Source: Paraspadella gotoi
Lineage: Eukaryota; Animalia; Chaetognatha
Assembly (NCBI GenBank): GCA_051294375.1
Contig: CM119264.1
Coordinates: 13,536,813-13,600,812 of the forward strand
Length of the DNA: 64,000 bases
Direction: 5' to 3'
Shown here piece after piece: positions 1 to 12,700 of the stretch. The first letter of the stretch is position 1, and the number at the start of each line of letters is the position of its first letter. Both the position numbers and the translations under genes were made by a program. Below the pieces are notes generated by a model. It was given only the letters and a program-made list of their open reading frames with translations. It ran no database searches and was not told the origin of the DNA.

Positions 1-215
1 CTGCCCCGAGATAAGCCAGCCATCGACAATGCCCACGTGTAACGTTGCTGCTGCTGCTGTTGCATAAGGAGATGCTGCTGCTGTTGTTGAACGAGTTTAG
101 AGAGATAGGGAGGCGAAGTCGGTTGATTATCTCCACCGGAAGTCGAAGCGGAACTACTACGTCTGGCCCGATCCTCTTGGCTGTTGATAAAAGGGGGGAG
201 GAGAGGAGGCGGGAG

Positions 216-251
<36 letters not shown>

Positions 252-523
252 GAGATGGAGGGAGAGAAAGAGGATGTTATGGAAATAGAATGTTTTTTCT
301 TGTAGGAAAAATCAAGGCCTTATTCCATTATAATATGAATTAATAAGGCAAGAAAGCTTTTTTATGGATTAAATATGGGTTGTATCGTTTTAGATGAAGT
401 TAATTTCTGAGCAGAAACTATGAATTTTAGTTCTGGTGATACAATTCTGTAAAAAATTTCCGAGCTGAGCCTTAACTCTGGCTCGACTGACGAGTGAGAG
501 TGAAAGAGAGGGAAAGGACGAAA

Positions 524-607
<84 letters not shown>

Positions 608-1231
608 ACGAATTCTGTATTAAAAAAATCAGTTTCATTCATTAGCCTTATTTATCATTTTAGTTCCGACTGCCGTTGACGGATTTTAGTTTATACTATT
701 TTTTAAAATTTTATTTCCTAAACTTAGACAAAACTGGTGCAGCCAGCAGTACACAATTCTAACAATATTTTCGTTTAGTTTTTTCTCTCTTTTATTATTG
801 TTTGATTCTGAAAACGAAACGATTGGGGTTGTTTATTGTTTCATGAAAATTATTTTATACATATTTTCGCGGTTGAGCAGAGTTGAGCAGAGTATTACCT
901 CAGAAATGCCTTTAATTGTAAAGCTTCCAAAACCACCTTACCTTTCAACCGTTCTTTGTCTTTCACGGGAGACAAACGTTGTTCCGGCCGTGGATTCTAA
1001 TGGCCTGATTTGTTGGCGTGCGCCACTATCTTTTCCTCCCATACTTCCTGTTATTTCCCCTCCTCTCTCTCCGCCGCCTCCTTCGCTTCCTCCATCTCTT
1101 GTTTCTCTTTTTGCGTCGTCTGCTACAGCGCCCCGCGCCCTCCCTCCCTTTGCTTCTCCACCGCTGGTAACCGAAATCGCCAAAACAGGGTCTTTGTAAC
1201 TTTGATGGCGATTACAGTCATTTGGTTCCAT
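1..1231 (-). CDS. 5' coding exons of an unidentified low-complexity, Q-rich protein; the gene runs off the window start
   Basis: One exon reads MEPND...RTVE and ends at an AG|GTAAGG donor (~942). The next starts after tttatcaacAG (~181) and reads QEDRARRSSSASTSGGDNQPTSPPYLSKLVQQQQQHLLMQQQQQQRY. Further minus-strand donors near 2948 and 3398 suggest non-coding 5' exons. No domain recognised. Confidence 0.5.
200..606. repeat. (GA)n microsatellite tracts
   Basis: Long GA runs at ~213-250 and ~526-604. They explain the ERERER and LSLSLS ORFs. Confidence 0.95.
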
Positions 1232-4200
1232 AGCGGTAATTATTCCGTTTTTTTGGGCGAGTGGAACCAAGGGTGAAGTCCGTCGCCAAAAGTCTACGTT
1301 ACGCCGTATCTCAGCATGTCAAAGCACGTTTAAACGTTCAACTGAACAAAAAATGTACAAATTTGAACAAAATTAAATGTAAAAAAGTAAACGCACCGCA
1401 AATTTTTAGCAATTGAAGGCAATGAAAAACGTATTGTTTAATTAGTATTTCGGTCTGTTTGATAACATTTCGAATGAAATGTTTTTTTTCTTCGTTGCAA
1501 AACAATTGTGACGAAGCTTCGAATGAAATTTCCTACATTTTGTGTCGTACAGATTCTGATGCAGTAAATCTTAATTACCAATTAACAACGGACATAGTTC
1601 ATTATTCCAGGATTTTACATCGAGAGATCCGGGTCCAAAAAAAAATAAAATATTTAATGTTTAGAAAAAGAAATGTTTTATCTCTCTATTGCTTTTATCA
1701 TACTGTTGATCGAAAAAAGATATATCAACAGAAAAACTGGCAAACGTTGACTTCTCTAGTTTCTAACGTTTATATAAGAATGAAAAATATTATTCCTCAA
1801 GATTCGATAAAAAACGAACCAAGATTATTGTTTTTTATTGCCTAATGCTCATTCATAAACTGGATAATTCTCCTAAATGTAGATATTTTACTATACTACG
1901 AAATACTTATTCCGGTCGATTCCGTTGGGTCTCCACCTCCCGAAAACCATTATTGAATCCAGTCTCCAATGAACTAAATAAAAGGTCATAAGTACTAGAT
2001 ATCTATGACTCTTCACATGTTGTCTTAAAATAGACAGATTGGAATAGTTAATTTTGAATACCAGATGATAAACCCGAAGAGATTCTCAGGAAATTAAAGA
2101 ATTTTAAGATAAACAACGGCTTATCAAAGCAAGCTCACTGACAAAAACGCGGTTTGGTAACGGATTTTTTTCCTTATTGTTTTCCCGTTGCTACTTTTCA
2201 CTTTATTTTTTTTAAACCAGTTTGTTCAATGTACAAACTTGGTCTCATTCTTTACAGGGTAGTGAATCAAAACTTAGAAAAGTATTTACCATCAGATTTT
2301 ATAGGCAAAAAGTTATTGAATGTCTTTTTATAATACACTAAAATAATCACTGATGTTTTCTCTTTCTGATATAGGTTTTATTTTCCTCATGCTTTTACAA
2401 TGCACTGCGCTACTAAAAAGAATGAAACATTGGTTGAATTTGCTCTGCACCGGTTTAGAGCTTAAAACCACTACTAAATATGTTAATGTTTCCTAGCTGT
2501 ATGTCATATATATATTATATGTTATATGTGTTAATATATGTTATATATATATATCTCATATAATTGAAAGCTTGCAGGGACCTGCTATGTCACCAAAGCC
2601 TGTCCAAAGTCTGTCCAAAGTCAGGTGCAAGGTTATTTATTAAATAAATGGATAATTTTTATATTGGCTGTAATAATTTCATTTCATATTCTTTCCTATA
2701 ATTCAACCTTAGTAGTAGACAAAAAATCTTAAGAAAACGAAAAAACAATCCGGACGAGTAAATATTACCTAACAAGAAAACCCATTTGTTAGGAGGTAAA
2801 GTGACAAAGAGAGACAGAATCGATGGAGAGAGAGCATAATCGAGTATTTCGTATATCAACCATTTAAGAAATCGAAGGTTCCAATTTCACCTTCTCCGAA
2901 ATCTTAATTGAATCTTTATTCCGTTTAAAATGAACAAAAAAAAACTTACCTGCTCTGAACAATAAAACTAAAAAAACGGGTTTTCGTTTGTCACGTCCCT
3001 GTCGCCACAGCGGGTGTGGACGCGCCCATGCATAAGCGGTGAAGCCATTTCAAGTTTCGATTTCGATGAGGACGTCTTAGAAGGCGAAAACTCTGGGCTT
3101 GGAAACCTTTATTGGCGACATTCAGTCATTAAGACAGTTAATTTTAAACAAGGATCAAAATTCATGAAGGCGATTCAGTGGCGATCACAGAAGTGGGCAG
3201 TCGGGGAAAAAAAATCAATCAATTAACTTGAAACCGTTCCGATTCGTTTGGTTAGACGACGACGACGACGACGACAACGACGTCGACGACAGGGAAGACG
3301 TCGAAGGCGACATGAAGATCAAGTTAGGTAGGAATTGAATCCAAAACCCGAACTTGTTTCGACTGCTAATTCAATGCATGACCCTAAGATAAGAATAACC
3401 TGCATATTCTCCTAAAAAAATATTTTAAAAGTATTTTTCAACGAGTCAGCATGAAATGAAATACAAAAATAATCGGGGCATTCGAAAACAAGGATTCGCG
3501 GCGACAACAGATTCGATATTTAATCTCAGATGCTACTGTATATTTAATCTGTATATTTGTATATCTGTATATTTAATCTCCGATGCTACTTTGGTAGCCA
3601 ATTCGATTGTTCTCGCCGGTTTTCTCGTCTCGTCGCCTTTTAAGTCGCTGATTAAAAAAAAAATAATTGTTTGTCCCAGCGAATGAATTCTGTTCATTTC
3701 CTCCTTTTTTTATACGGTCGGACTTTTTGTCTTCGTTTATCGTTTTGGCTATCGATAAAATATTATTATCTTATTTTTTTTTAAATCTGGAGTGTCACGG
3801 CGGAAAAATAAATAACGAGGCCGAAGGGTCTCGTTGGAGACGATTTCAGCAATGGAAACGCGTATGAAAAACGCACTTTGCCAACATTTAGTTTTAACTC
3901 CAACTTTTTATTCTTATTTCTCTCTTTCTCTCTGTCTCTCTTTGAAGGGCGTAAACCGGTTTTTTCGTGATTATCATTTTTTCGACAAACAGTGCAAAAC
4001 AAAAGTGAACCAAAGATGTTTCTAATTTATGGATTACTATTTTTCTTCAAATTATTATTTACTGTTATAATCTTAATACAGATAAAAATAAAAAAAGTCT
4101 TTGAAGTTTTCACCCATCATGTAACGTAAGTGTATAAATTTATTGACTTAGGTAATTAAAGTGTATTTTTCATTATTTAAAAAAAAATAGGGTTTTTTAA

Positions 4201-4537
4201 AAACGTCGATTTGTTTTTATTTTTTACCACGGATTTTCGGTGGCGCATTTTCGTGTCACTGGTTAAGAGGCCGAAATAAGAGTTGGATGATTAAGAAGCG
4301 ACGACGACGACGACGACGATCGAAAAAAAGGGATCGATTCCAGTTTTGAACTGAAGTAAAGCGGGGTCAGAAAAAAGACGATGCAATTTAGACTTTAGAG
4401 GAAATGAAATTTTGTTATTTAAATTTTTAAATTTTTTTTTCTTGAATCAAAATAATAAAAAAATAAAATATGATAATAATAATATTAATCTAATAAAGAG
4501 ATAGAGAAAGAGAGATAGTAAAAAAATTAAGATAGAA

Positions 4538-4568
<31 letters not shown>

Positions 4569-6747
4569 TTGTAAACACCGCTAAAAGTAAAACCGTTTGA
4601 GTACAAACATCCCAAAAATTCCCATCCTGAATCTTTCTTCTTTTTCTCAATCAACTCTCCAGACTGAAGCCGCAGCTGTGCAGAAGCGCTGCAGTACCTC
4701 CTGAGTCCCGAGCAAAAATAAAACCTTTCTGGGATTTTATTTTGACTTTCGGCCTCTTGCGACCCAAGTGAACCATTTGAGTATTTCGTGGCAAAAGACA
4801 GAAAAGAAAATTTGCAAAATTACTTGTTTCACTATCTTATATTTTTATATTTTATAAAGGTTTTACTATTTAATTTATATTATTTAATTACAAATATTGC
4901 TTTTTTAAAATTGCTTTCCAAAATTTAGTAATGGATCTATCGTTTATGAAATTGCTTCTACTTAAAAATAAAGAAAATAAAAGTTAGATACATAATAGCG
5001 AAATCCGATCAGACGAAAACAAAATTGAAGATTCGATCATAGTTTTTTTTTATCGAACATATGTACTTTATGTAGGCAAATAAAACTTATGACTATGCAA
5101 AAAATAACAAAAACCTTCTAATAAAATTAATATTTAAATTCGACTTAAATTTTATCCTTTTTGACAAAATTTTTTTATCAATTTTGACTTAAAAAATATG
5201 AAAATTCCACTTCAACTGATATCACATGAGTTATTAAATCAATATTTTGTATTACATACCCGTTAATCAGGCGATTTCTTTTTTTTTATTGCTTTTTGGC
5301 CCTAACTATTTCATTGCTCACAATTAACTTATACAATCTTAAAATTGATTGAAAATTAATTGTAAAGTTTCCTGGTTGAATTAGAATACATTATTTTGAT
5401 AAACTTGAAACAAAATTTTGATTTTATTTCATACCCCGATAACTATAAATCACTATCGCCGTGAATGCATGCAGTTGGAAAATATTTTTAATCAAAAAGA
5501 TTAATAATTTATTGGAACAGTTACATGTAGCTGTCTGAACCTTCGAGAGTTTCGTTTTTCTAGAAAAAAACTCTTAGAATTAGAATTTCACTTAAAGGAA
5601 GTAAAAAGAAATAAAAGTGTGCAAATAGAAAAGTTCCTTCTGCTTTCGAATCTTGAATCCAAGACGCCGAAAAAAAAGAGAAACAGAGAGAGGAATTGAG
5701 AGGGAGGTTAGTTGGGAGAGATGGGGTCACATCCTTTCTTTCGGTTTATCGCTTACATATCCGGATTTGGGAAATGTTCCGATTTCAGGTAGCTGAGAGT
5801 AGGCGTTTTGTTGCCCGCTACCATTTGCAGGTGTGTTTTTTAAAATTTTTTATTAATGTTCTACGAAATAATGCAAATGGAAGAATTCTTTTATTTCTAG
5901 ACGTACAGATAGTATTAGCTAGATTTTTAGCTTAAAATATTCTCGCAGATATGACCCATAGAATTGGTACAACCAATATAAGAATTAAATATTCATTCAG
6001 TAAATGAGCTATCTTGGCAAGATTCTTGCTCCTGACTTAGGTGGGTTACGACCTTCATCCCTCTCACAAGACAAAAACTGTATGTGTAATTGTGTATATA
6101 ATTGGGAAAACGTTTACGAATTAAATTTTAGAACTTTTACTGATTAGTCTTTTATCTTTCTATACTTAAAAGTAAGATCGAGGTCACTCCCGTCTTCTTT
6201 CTTGGGAAAAACAAAAGGGAATACAATCATAATGGCGACATACACGTCTTCCACGCGTATGCTGATGTACCGGCTGATGATTCTTCGTATTTCTTATTTT
6301 TAGGCAAAAATGTTTCGATATTTAAATTTTATGTTTCGATTCTCACATTAAAATGCCGAAAAATAACTGGAAAATAACCTCGACAATTTTTTTTACATCA
6401 TGGTACCTCATTTACTTTTTTTTTTTCGGGAAAAAAAATCGGCTGGTATATTTATTAACGAAAAGCTTTTTTTTCCTACAAGAAATGAGGGAATGCCAAT
6501 ATAATATTGATAATTAATGTGTCAAGATTTATTTTAAAAAAGATCCCGTTAAACGCGAGGAATAAGTCATTAGATGGGACAACGGTCCCGGTTAATGATA
6601 TGATTTGCGTTTCCCCATTGTAACGCCGTCGAGAGCCGCTGAAAGAAATGGAATTTATTTAATCTCCACAGAAAAGAGTTCTTCGATTTGTTTGAACTTA
6701 AGAATAAGTGTATCTTCGAAATGTTACTGCCACCTCCCGGATAAAGT

Positions 6748-9700
6748 ATGTCGCGTCACCGAAACGTCCGCGCTCTGAACGCGGAGGACGAATACGAAGG
6801 TAGACATTGAAAAATTCTAAAAAATAGAATAAATTTAAAGAGTTGACGGGCCGATTTATCTCGAAATCATCGCAGGCTTTGACGAGGTTTATGGCCATTC
6901 ATATGACGATGGTTGCGAGTTCGGAGTGTCACCTGGAACGGCTAAGCAGTTCATGTACAACCGAGACAAAGCCAACGTGACATTTGCCTCGGTGATGGGT
7001 ACAAAGGAGAGCATTGAAGAGGAGCCAGGAGAATACGAATCGGTGAGGCTGAATAATGTGCTCCCGATATTTAGCCGAATATTTTACAAATCACTATATT
7101 TTAAATTAATATTATTAGGGCTAAGTTGGGTTAGATTAATATGTTCCAGACTTTTTTATTCTCCTCTCGGTTTCTGTTTACCTGGATAGTATAGTTATAA
7201 TATAGTATAGTATAGTTATAGTATAGTTATAATATAGTATAGTTATAGTTATCAATGAAATTTCTTTATTCACTTTAGAGTGAAACGTTCTCCTCGCGTA
7301 AACGGGAAGCTTCGGGCGAATCGTCTGACAGTGGAGGAGCAATCGCTGGCGCCGGATTCGCGAGAGGTTTTGGAAGTCGACTTCAGTCACAGACTCGAAC
7401 CAGAAAATCGAGCGAAGAGTTCGTCCGCCCAAAACTCAATCAAGAGGATGAAATAAGGTCAGTGAGATTGAATAAGCTGAATTAGTAACAGGTGGAATTA
7501 GGCGTAATTGGAAAAGAATCTGCATTGGTTTTATTGGGTCGATGATGAAATGAATTTTATAAAGTTTTTTACAGAATTTAGCACTATAGTACAAATTAGT
7601 CCCCTATATGCTACTAATTTTTTTCTATCTTTGTTTTTTGAAAAATCGATCAATAAGTGCTTGCAACTCTTCAAATTTGCAAAAAAACGGTTTTTTTCAT
7701 TAAAAATGAATAGATATCTTAAAAAATATCAGTCGGAATCAAATTTAACCTGCGTCAATTTAAAGAGCGGAAAAAATACTTCATTTTACATACTTTATTT
7801 TTAAAAATCAAAAAATACTTTTCCAATTATTGATGTTTAAAAAACCGAATTCTCGGCATTTTTAAGTCACATTTTTTTATTTTCCCTTTATAAATTTGAA
7901 ATTAATAATAAATAAGGTATAAAACAGACTAAATCCTCTAGAGTAAACCTTGGGCTTTCTATTGGCGTAAATAGGTATTAGTTTTTTAATTTTGTTCAGG
8001 AGCTATGAATTGTTAAATCTTGAAAAAATTTTGAAAAAATATTTATTTATTTATTTTTTGTCTGTGTGCTTACAGTTTGAATGTTTATATATCTATCATT
8101 ATCTACAAAACATAAGCTTTAATTTGAGACCTCTCCAACTTTTTACGATTTTTCATTATTGAATTATACGTAAAAATTAAATTTTTTTTAAAAAAAGATT
8201 AATCAATTAGTACTTTCAAATAGAATATTTTTTAAAAAATAAAGATACAAAAATACAGTTCTACTTATAAGGCTTTTAAAACAATGTTTAAAATAAAAAA
8301 TAATATAAAATTATAATAAAAATAAATAAACAGATTATTAACTTTATTTTTTATAAAAAATATATGATGTTTAATTAAAACTTAATCTAAATAAAATAAC
8401 AGGTATATAGTAGTTGAGTGCTTTAATTTAATCTCATATCCAGCTTTTAATAGCAATAATATTTGTTATTATTTATGACAAAAATTATTTAAAAAAAAAT
8501 ATATTAAAAAATATTAAAATCTTTTCTGATCTTTAATTTTAGAATATTTACCTACTTTATCTTCATTCCCAATCCTATAAAGTAGTAGTTTGACTAAAGC
8601 TACATGGTTTAGCAGATTTTTTTAAATGATTTTGGGTCCTAATAATTTGAGATTGGACAAATGCGGAATAAAACCGGTAACATTTTAGAACCTGTTTAAT
8701 CTCAGCTTTCAGCCAAAAAATTTAAATGGAAAACAGCCATAGTGAGTACTTTTTTAAAAACTACCTTACAAATGTAATTTAAGTAGATATCCAGAATAAT
8801 AACCTGTTTTCAAAAATTATAGAATAATTCTTACTTTTTATATGACATATCAGATTTTAAGAGCAAGAGCTTGCAAAAAAAATATAATTAAATCAAAACT
8901 CTGCAAAGGCTTTTAGATAAAAAGAATTAATCAAATGTAACAAGAATTCACTACCAGAACTAACAAAATTTAATTTTTAATCATTTTTTTCAGAATATAA
9001 TAACTGAGCAACCTAACTTCAATAAATTTTTAACAGTTTTGATTTGAATATGAACTTAGAACGGTTTTAGTAGTTTAATCTTTTATTTACTAGCTTCATT
9101 AACTACTAGAATGCGTTTTTTAATGTGGATCTATTATATCAGTCCATTTTTAACTTTTTTCCTTCCTTTTTTTATTTTATATTTGAGAAAGCAAAGTGTT
9201 TTTGAAATTGTTACAACGATTTATTTTTATTTAAGAGACGGATTATTGCATCATGTATTTTATATTCATAGCTTTTATATTTGTAGTATTGGTTTTTCAT
9301 AATCAATACTTTTTAATTTTTTAGTAGTGATAGTGAATATGCTTACAATTTGAATGTCTATAAACTTTATATGTCTAACATTATCTACAAAGCATAAGCT
9401 TTAATTTGAAATCCTCTCTAACTTTTTACGATTTTTCTTTATTGAATTATAAGTAAAAATTTAAATAAAAAAAAAGATTATTCAATTAGAGATTTCAAAT
9501 GGATTATTCTTAAAAATTAATATACAAATATGTTCTATATATAATACAAATGCAGTTCTACTTGTTAGGCTATAAAATAAATTTATTTTTAATTAATAAT
9601 AATTTTATTATAAAATATTTTTAAAAATTTAAAAAATATTTTTTTAAAACTATTAATATATATTTTATTCAAGTATTAAAAGTTAATGCATTATATTTGT

Positions 9701-12700
9701 TAATATTTTGGAACATTTTTTATTAACAATATATATCAAATATTGAGTGAGCTACTGTATTATTATTATTTTGTAAATATTTTTTTTTCATAAATAATAA
9801 CAAATATTATTACTATTAAAAGCTGGATATGAAATTGAATTAAAGCACTCAACTAATATATACCTGTTATTTTATTTGAGATTAAGTTTTAATTAAACAT
9901 CATATATTTTTTATAATAAAATAAAGTTAATAATCTGTTTTATTTATTTTTTATTATAATTTTATATTATTTTTATTTTAAACATTTGTTTTAAAGCCTT
10001 ATAAGTAGAACTGTATTTTTGTATCTTTATTTTTAAAAAAATATTCTATTGAAAGTACTAATTGATTAATCTTTTTTTTAAAAAAAATTAATTTTTATGT
10101 ATAATTCAATAATGAAAAATCGTAAAAAGTTGGGAGAGGTCTCAAATTAAAGCTTATGTTTTGTAGATAATGATAGATATATAAACATTCAAATTGTAAG
10201 CACACAGACAAAAATAATAAATAAATATTTTTCAAAATTTTTTCAAGATTTAACAATTCATAGCTCCTGAACAAAATTAAAAAACTAATACCTATTTACG
10301 CCATAGAAAGCCAAGGTTTACTCTAGAGGATTTAGTCTGTTTTATACCTTATTTTTATATAATTTCAAAGTTATAAAGGGAAAATAAAAAATGTGACTTA
10401 AAAATGCCGAGAATTCGGTTTTTTAAACATCAATAATTGGAAAAGTATTTTTTTGATTTTTAAAATTAAAGTATGTAAAATGAAGTATTTTTTCCGCTCT
10501 TTAAATTGACGCAGGTTAAATTTGATTCCGACTGATATTTTTTAAGAGATATCTATCATTTTTAATGAAAAAAAACGTTTTTTTGCAAATTTTGAAGAGT
10601 TGCAAGACATTATTGATCGATTTTTCAAAAAACAAAGATAGGAAAAAATTAGTAAGCATAATAGGGGACTAATTTGTACTATAGTGCTAAATTCTGTGAA
10701 AAACTTTATGAAATTTGCTAAGGCCTACTGATGAATTAAATTTTGTTGAGTTAGGAGATAATGGTAATAATCAGTAATAAAAGAAGGAACGATATGCTGA
10801 TGTGTCGGTGTTAAAAAATTAGTTTTGAATTTTAAAAACCCCCTAACTGCCCAAAAATATTAATCAGGATAATTAAAATAGGCAATTAGGCATTAGTCAT
10901 ATTCGATGCATTAAAATGAAACCTGAAACAAGTTTTAAAGCATAAAAAATATAATATTTTGTAATACCAATTTATTAAAATTCTTTAAAATTTATATTAT
11001 GAATTTTTCAAATAAAAAAAAATTAAATTAGCTCATGTTTGTTAAAAAAAATCATCTCCTTATTAGTTTGAGAAGTTACAAAGCACCCAAGCATTAAACA
11101 AATATAAAATCTATACCACTTTGTAGAGCAAAGTGCTACGCATTATATACTATAATTTTAAGATTAACTAAGTTTTAATTGATTGGGAGGTTGTAAAACA
11201 TTAAAAGGTAAAGAATTCATGAGTTGATCGATAAATTCGAAGACTTCATTGGGACCGAGAAGTTAACAACATAGACATATTAGAATTATGTAAAAATTGA
11301 TATTTATAAATGCCAGATGACGAGCTACAAAATAAGCCACAATTCTGAGACATGTTACAAAAGAGAAAATTGTTTATTGGATATTGATAGGAGATATTTT
11401 TTATGTTTATTAGACTTCGATCTTGTGTAGAAGAAATCCAGAACGTTATCGGAGATGCTGTTCCTGAATGGACTATCGTCGATGCAGTTGTCACGCACGA
11501 CTTTGCATATGAGACTGCTTTAGATTCCCTGCTGCAGGTTAGTTATTACTGGACAGTGGACATACTAGTATTTTTCTGAATTGCATTCTGAAAGTCAAAA
11601 TACAATGTCTACCTCTCAAATTCTCTTATATTTTCGTTCTTTTTTTTTTGTCTCGCCAGACGGGCTTAGGCGAGATTTAGGATTACTTTTGCTTTGTCGT
11701 CGTCGTCGTCGCGCTTTTTAACAGTTTGATAGTATAAAAGCATACAATTGTAAGAAATTAAAAATCACGATTTTTTAAAAGGTCATGTTTTATATTGATA
11801 CAAGTATTTTTTTGAATTCTCTTTACATTAATTCACATATAGTATATTTTTTAAAAATTATATGTCTCTCTTTTTATCTCATCAATCATTAATTGTTATA
11901 TTATATTATATTATTATAAATATTGAGCGATGGATCATTTTGCTTTTAAGATTTTTTCATTAATTTTATTTGATAGTAACGTTTGGCGAGATCACTATAC
12001 AAATAAGATTTGTTTCCTCAATTATTTTTCTACAGCAAAGCGAAAACAAAACTGACGATGCCTTCGCCACCGACACACCTCAACTTCACGAGTCGGACCA
12101 TTCTAATAACTCAACTTCCGTTTTTCCGTCAATGAAGTGAGATATAAACGCGCAGTGAGTCCTTTACAGAATTTTAACTTCGCCATACCCGTCTCCCGAA
12201 GGGACATCCCTTCTTCTTCCTCTCAAACTGCCCTTCCGAAATCTTCCCTCGATCCCATCTCCACCCCGAAAGTCGTCCTCGCATCACCGAAGCCGCAACG
12301 TGTCTCGAAGGAACGAAGACGTCGGACCGAGGACGTTGCCTCAGGGCCGGTGTTAACTGAAAGCGACGACGTCGCCGCCACATTTGGATCGCCGGCGTCG
12401 CTAAGGAGAAATCCGAGAGCTGATGGTATTATCGCGAATCGTTGTCCTTGCTGCCTAAAAAACCGAATGAATCTGCCTGAAGAATGTTGCACTAATTTAA
12501 CGACGGACCATAATGTTCATTGTTCACGCTATAATGATTAGTTATGCAAAGAAAGTGGACCCTTTTTAATTTTTGCAAGCTCTCTCAGATGAGGATGGCC
12601 TCGAATCGGCTGGCGATGGATCTCAAACTCCTTCGAATCAACTCCGCTCTATCAATCGTCTCCGCGTTGAAGACGCCGCTGCCAGTGGTTCAGAGGACGA

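Noticed and set aside
7582-10686. CACTA-superfamily transposon
   Set aside because: No 2-3-bp direct TSD. The related element has CACGG ends and a 5-bp TSD, which fits Transib better.
12138-12140. Selenocysteine or read-through TGA in HBS1L
   Set aside because: The downstream coding-like sequence is in another frame, and no SECIS was recognised.
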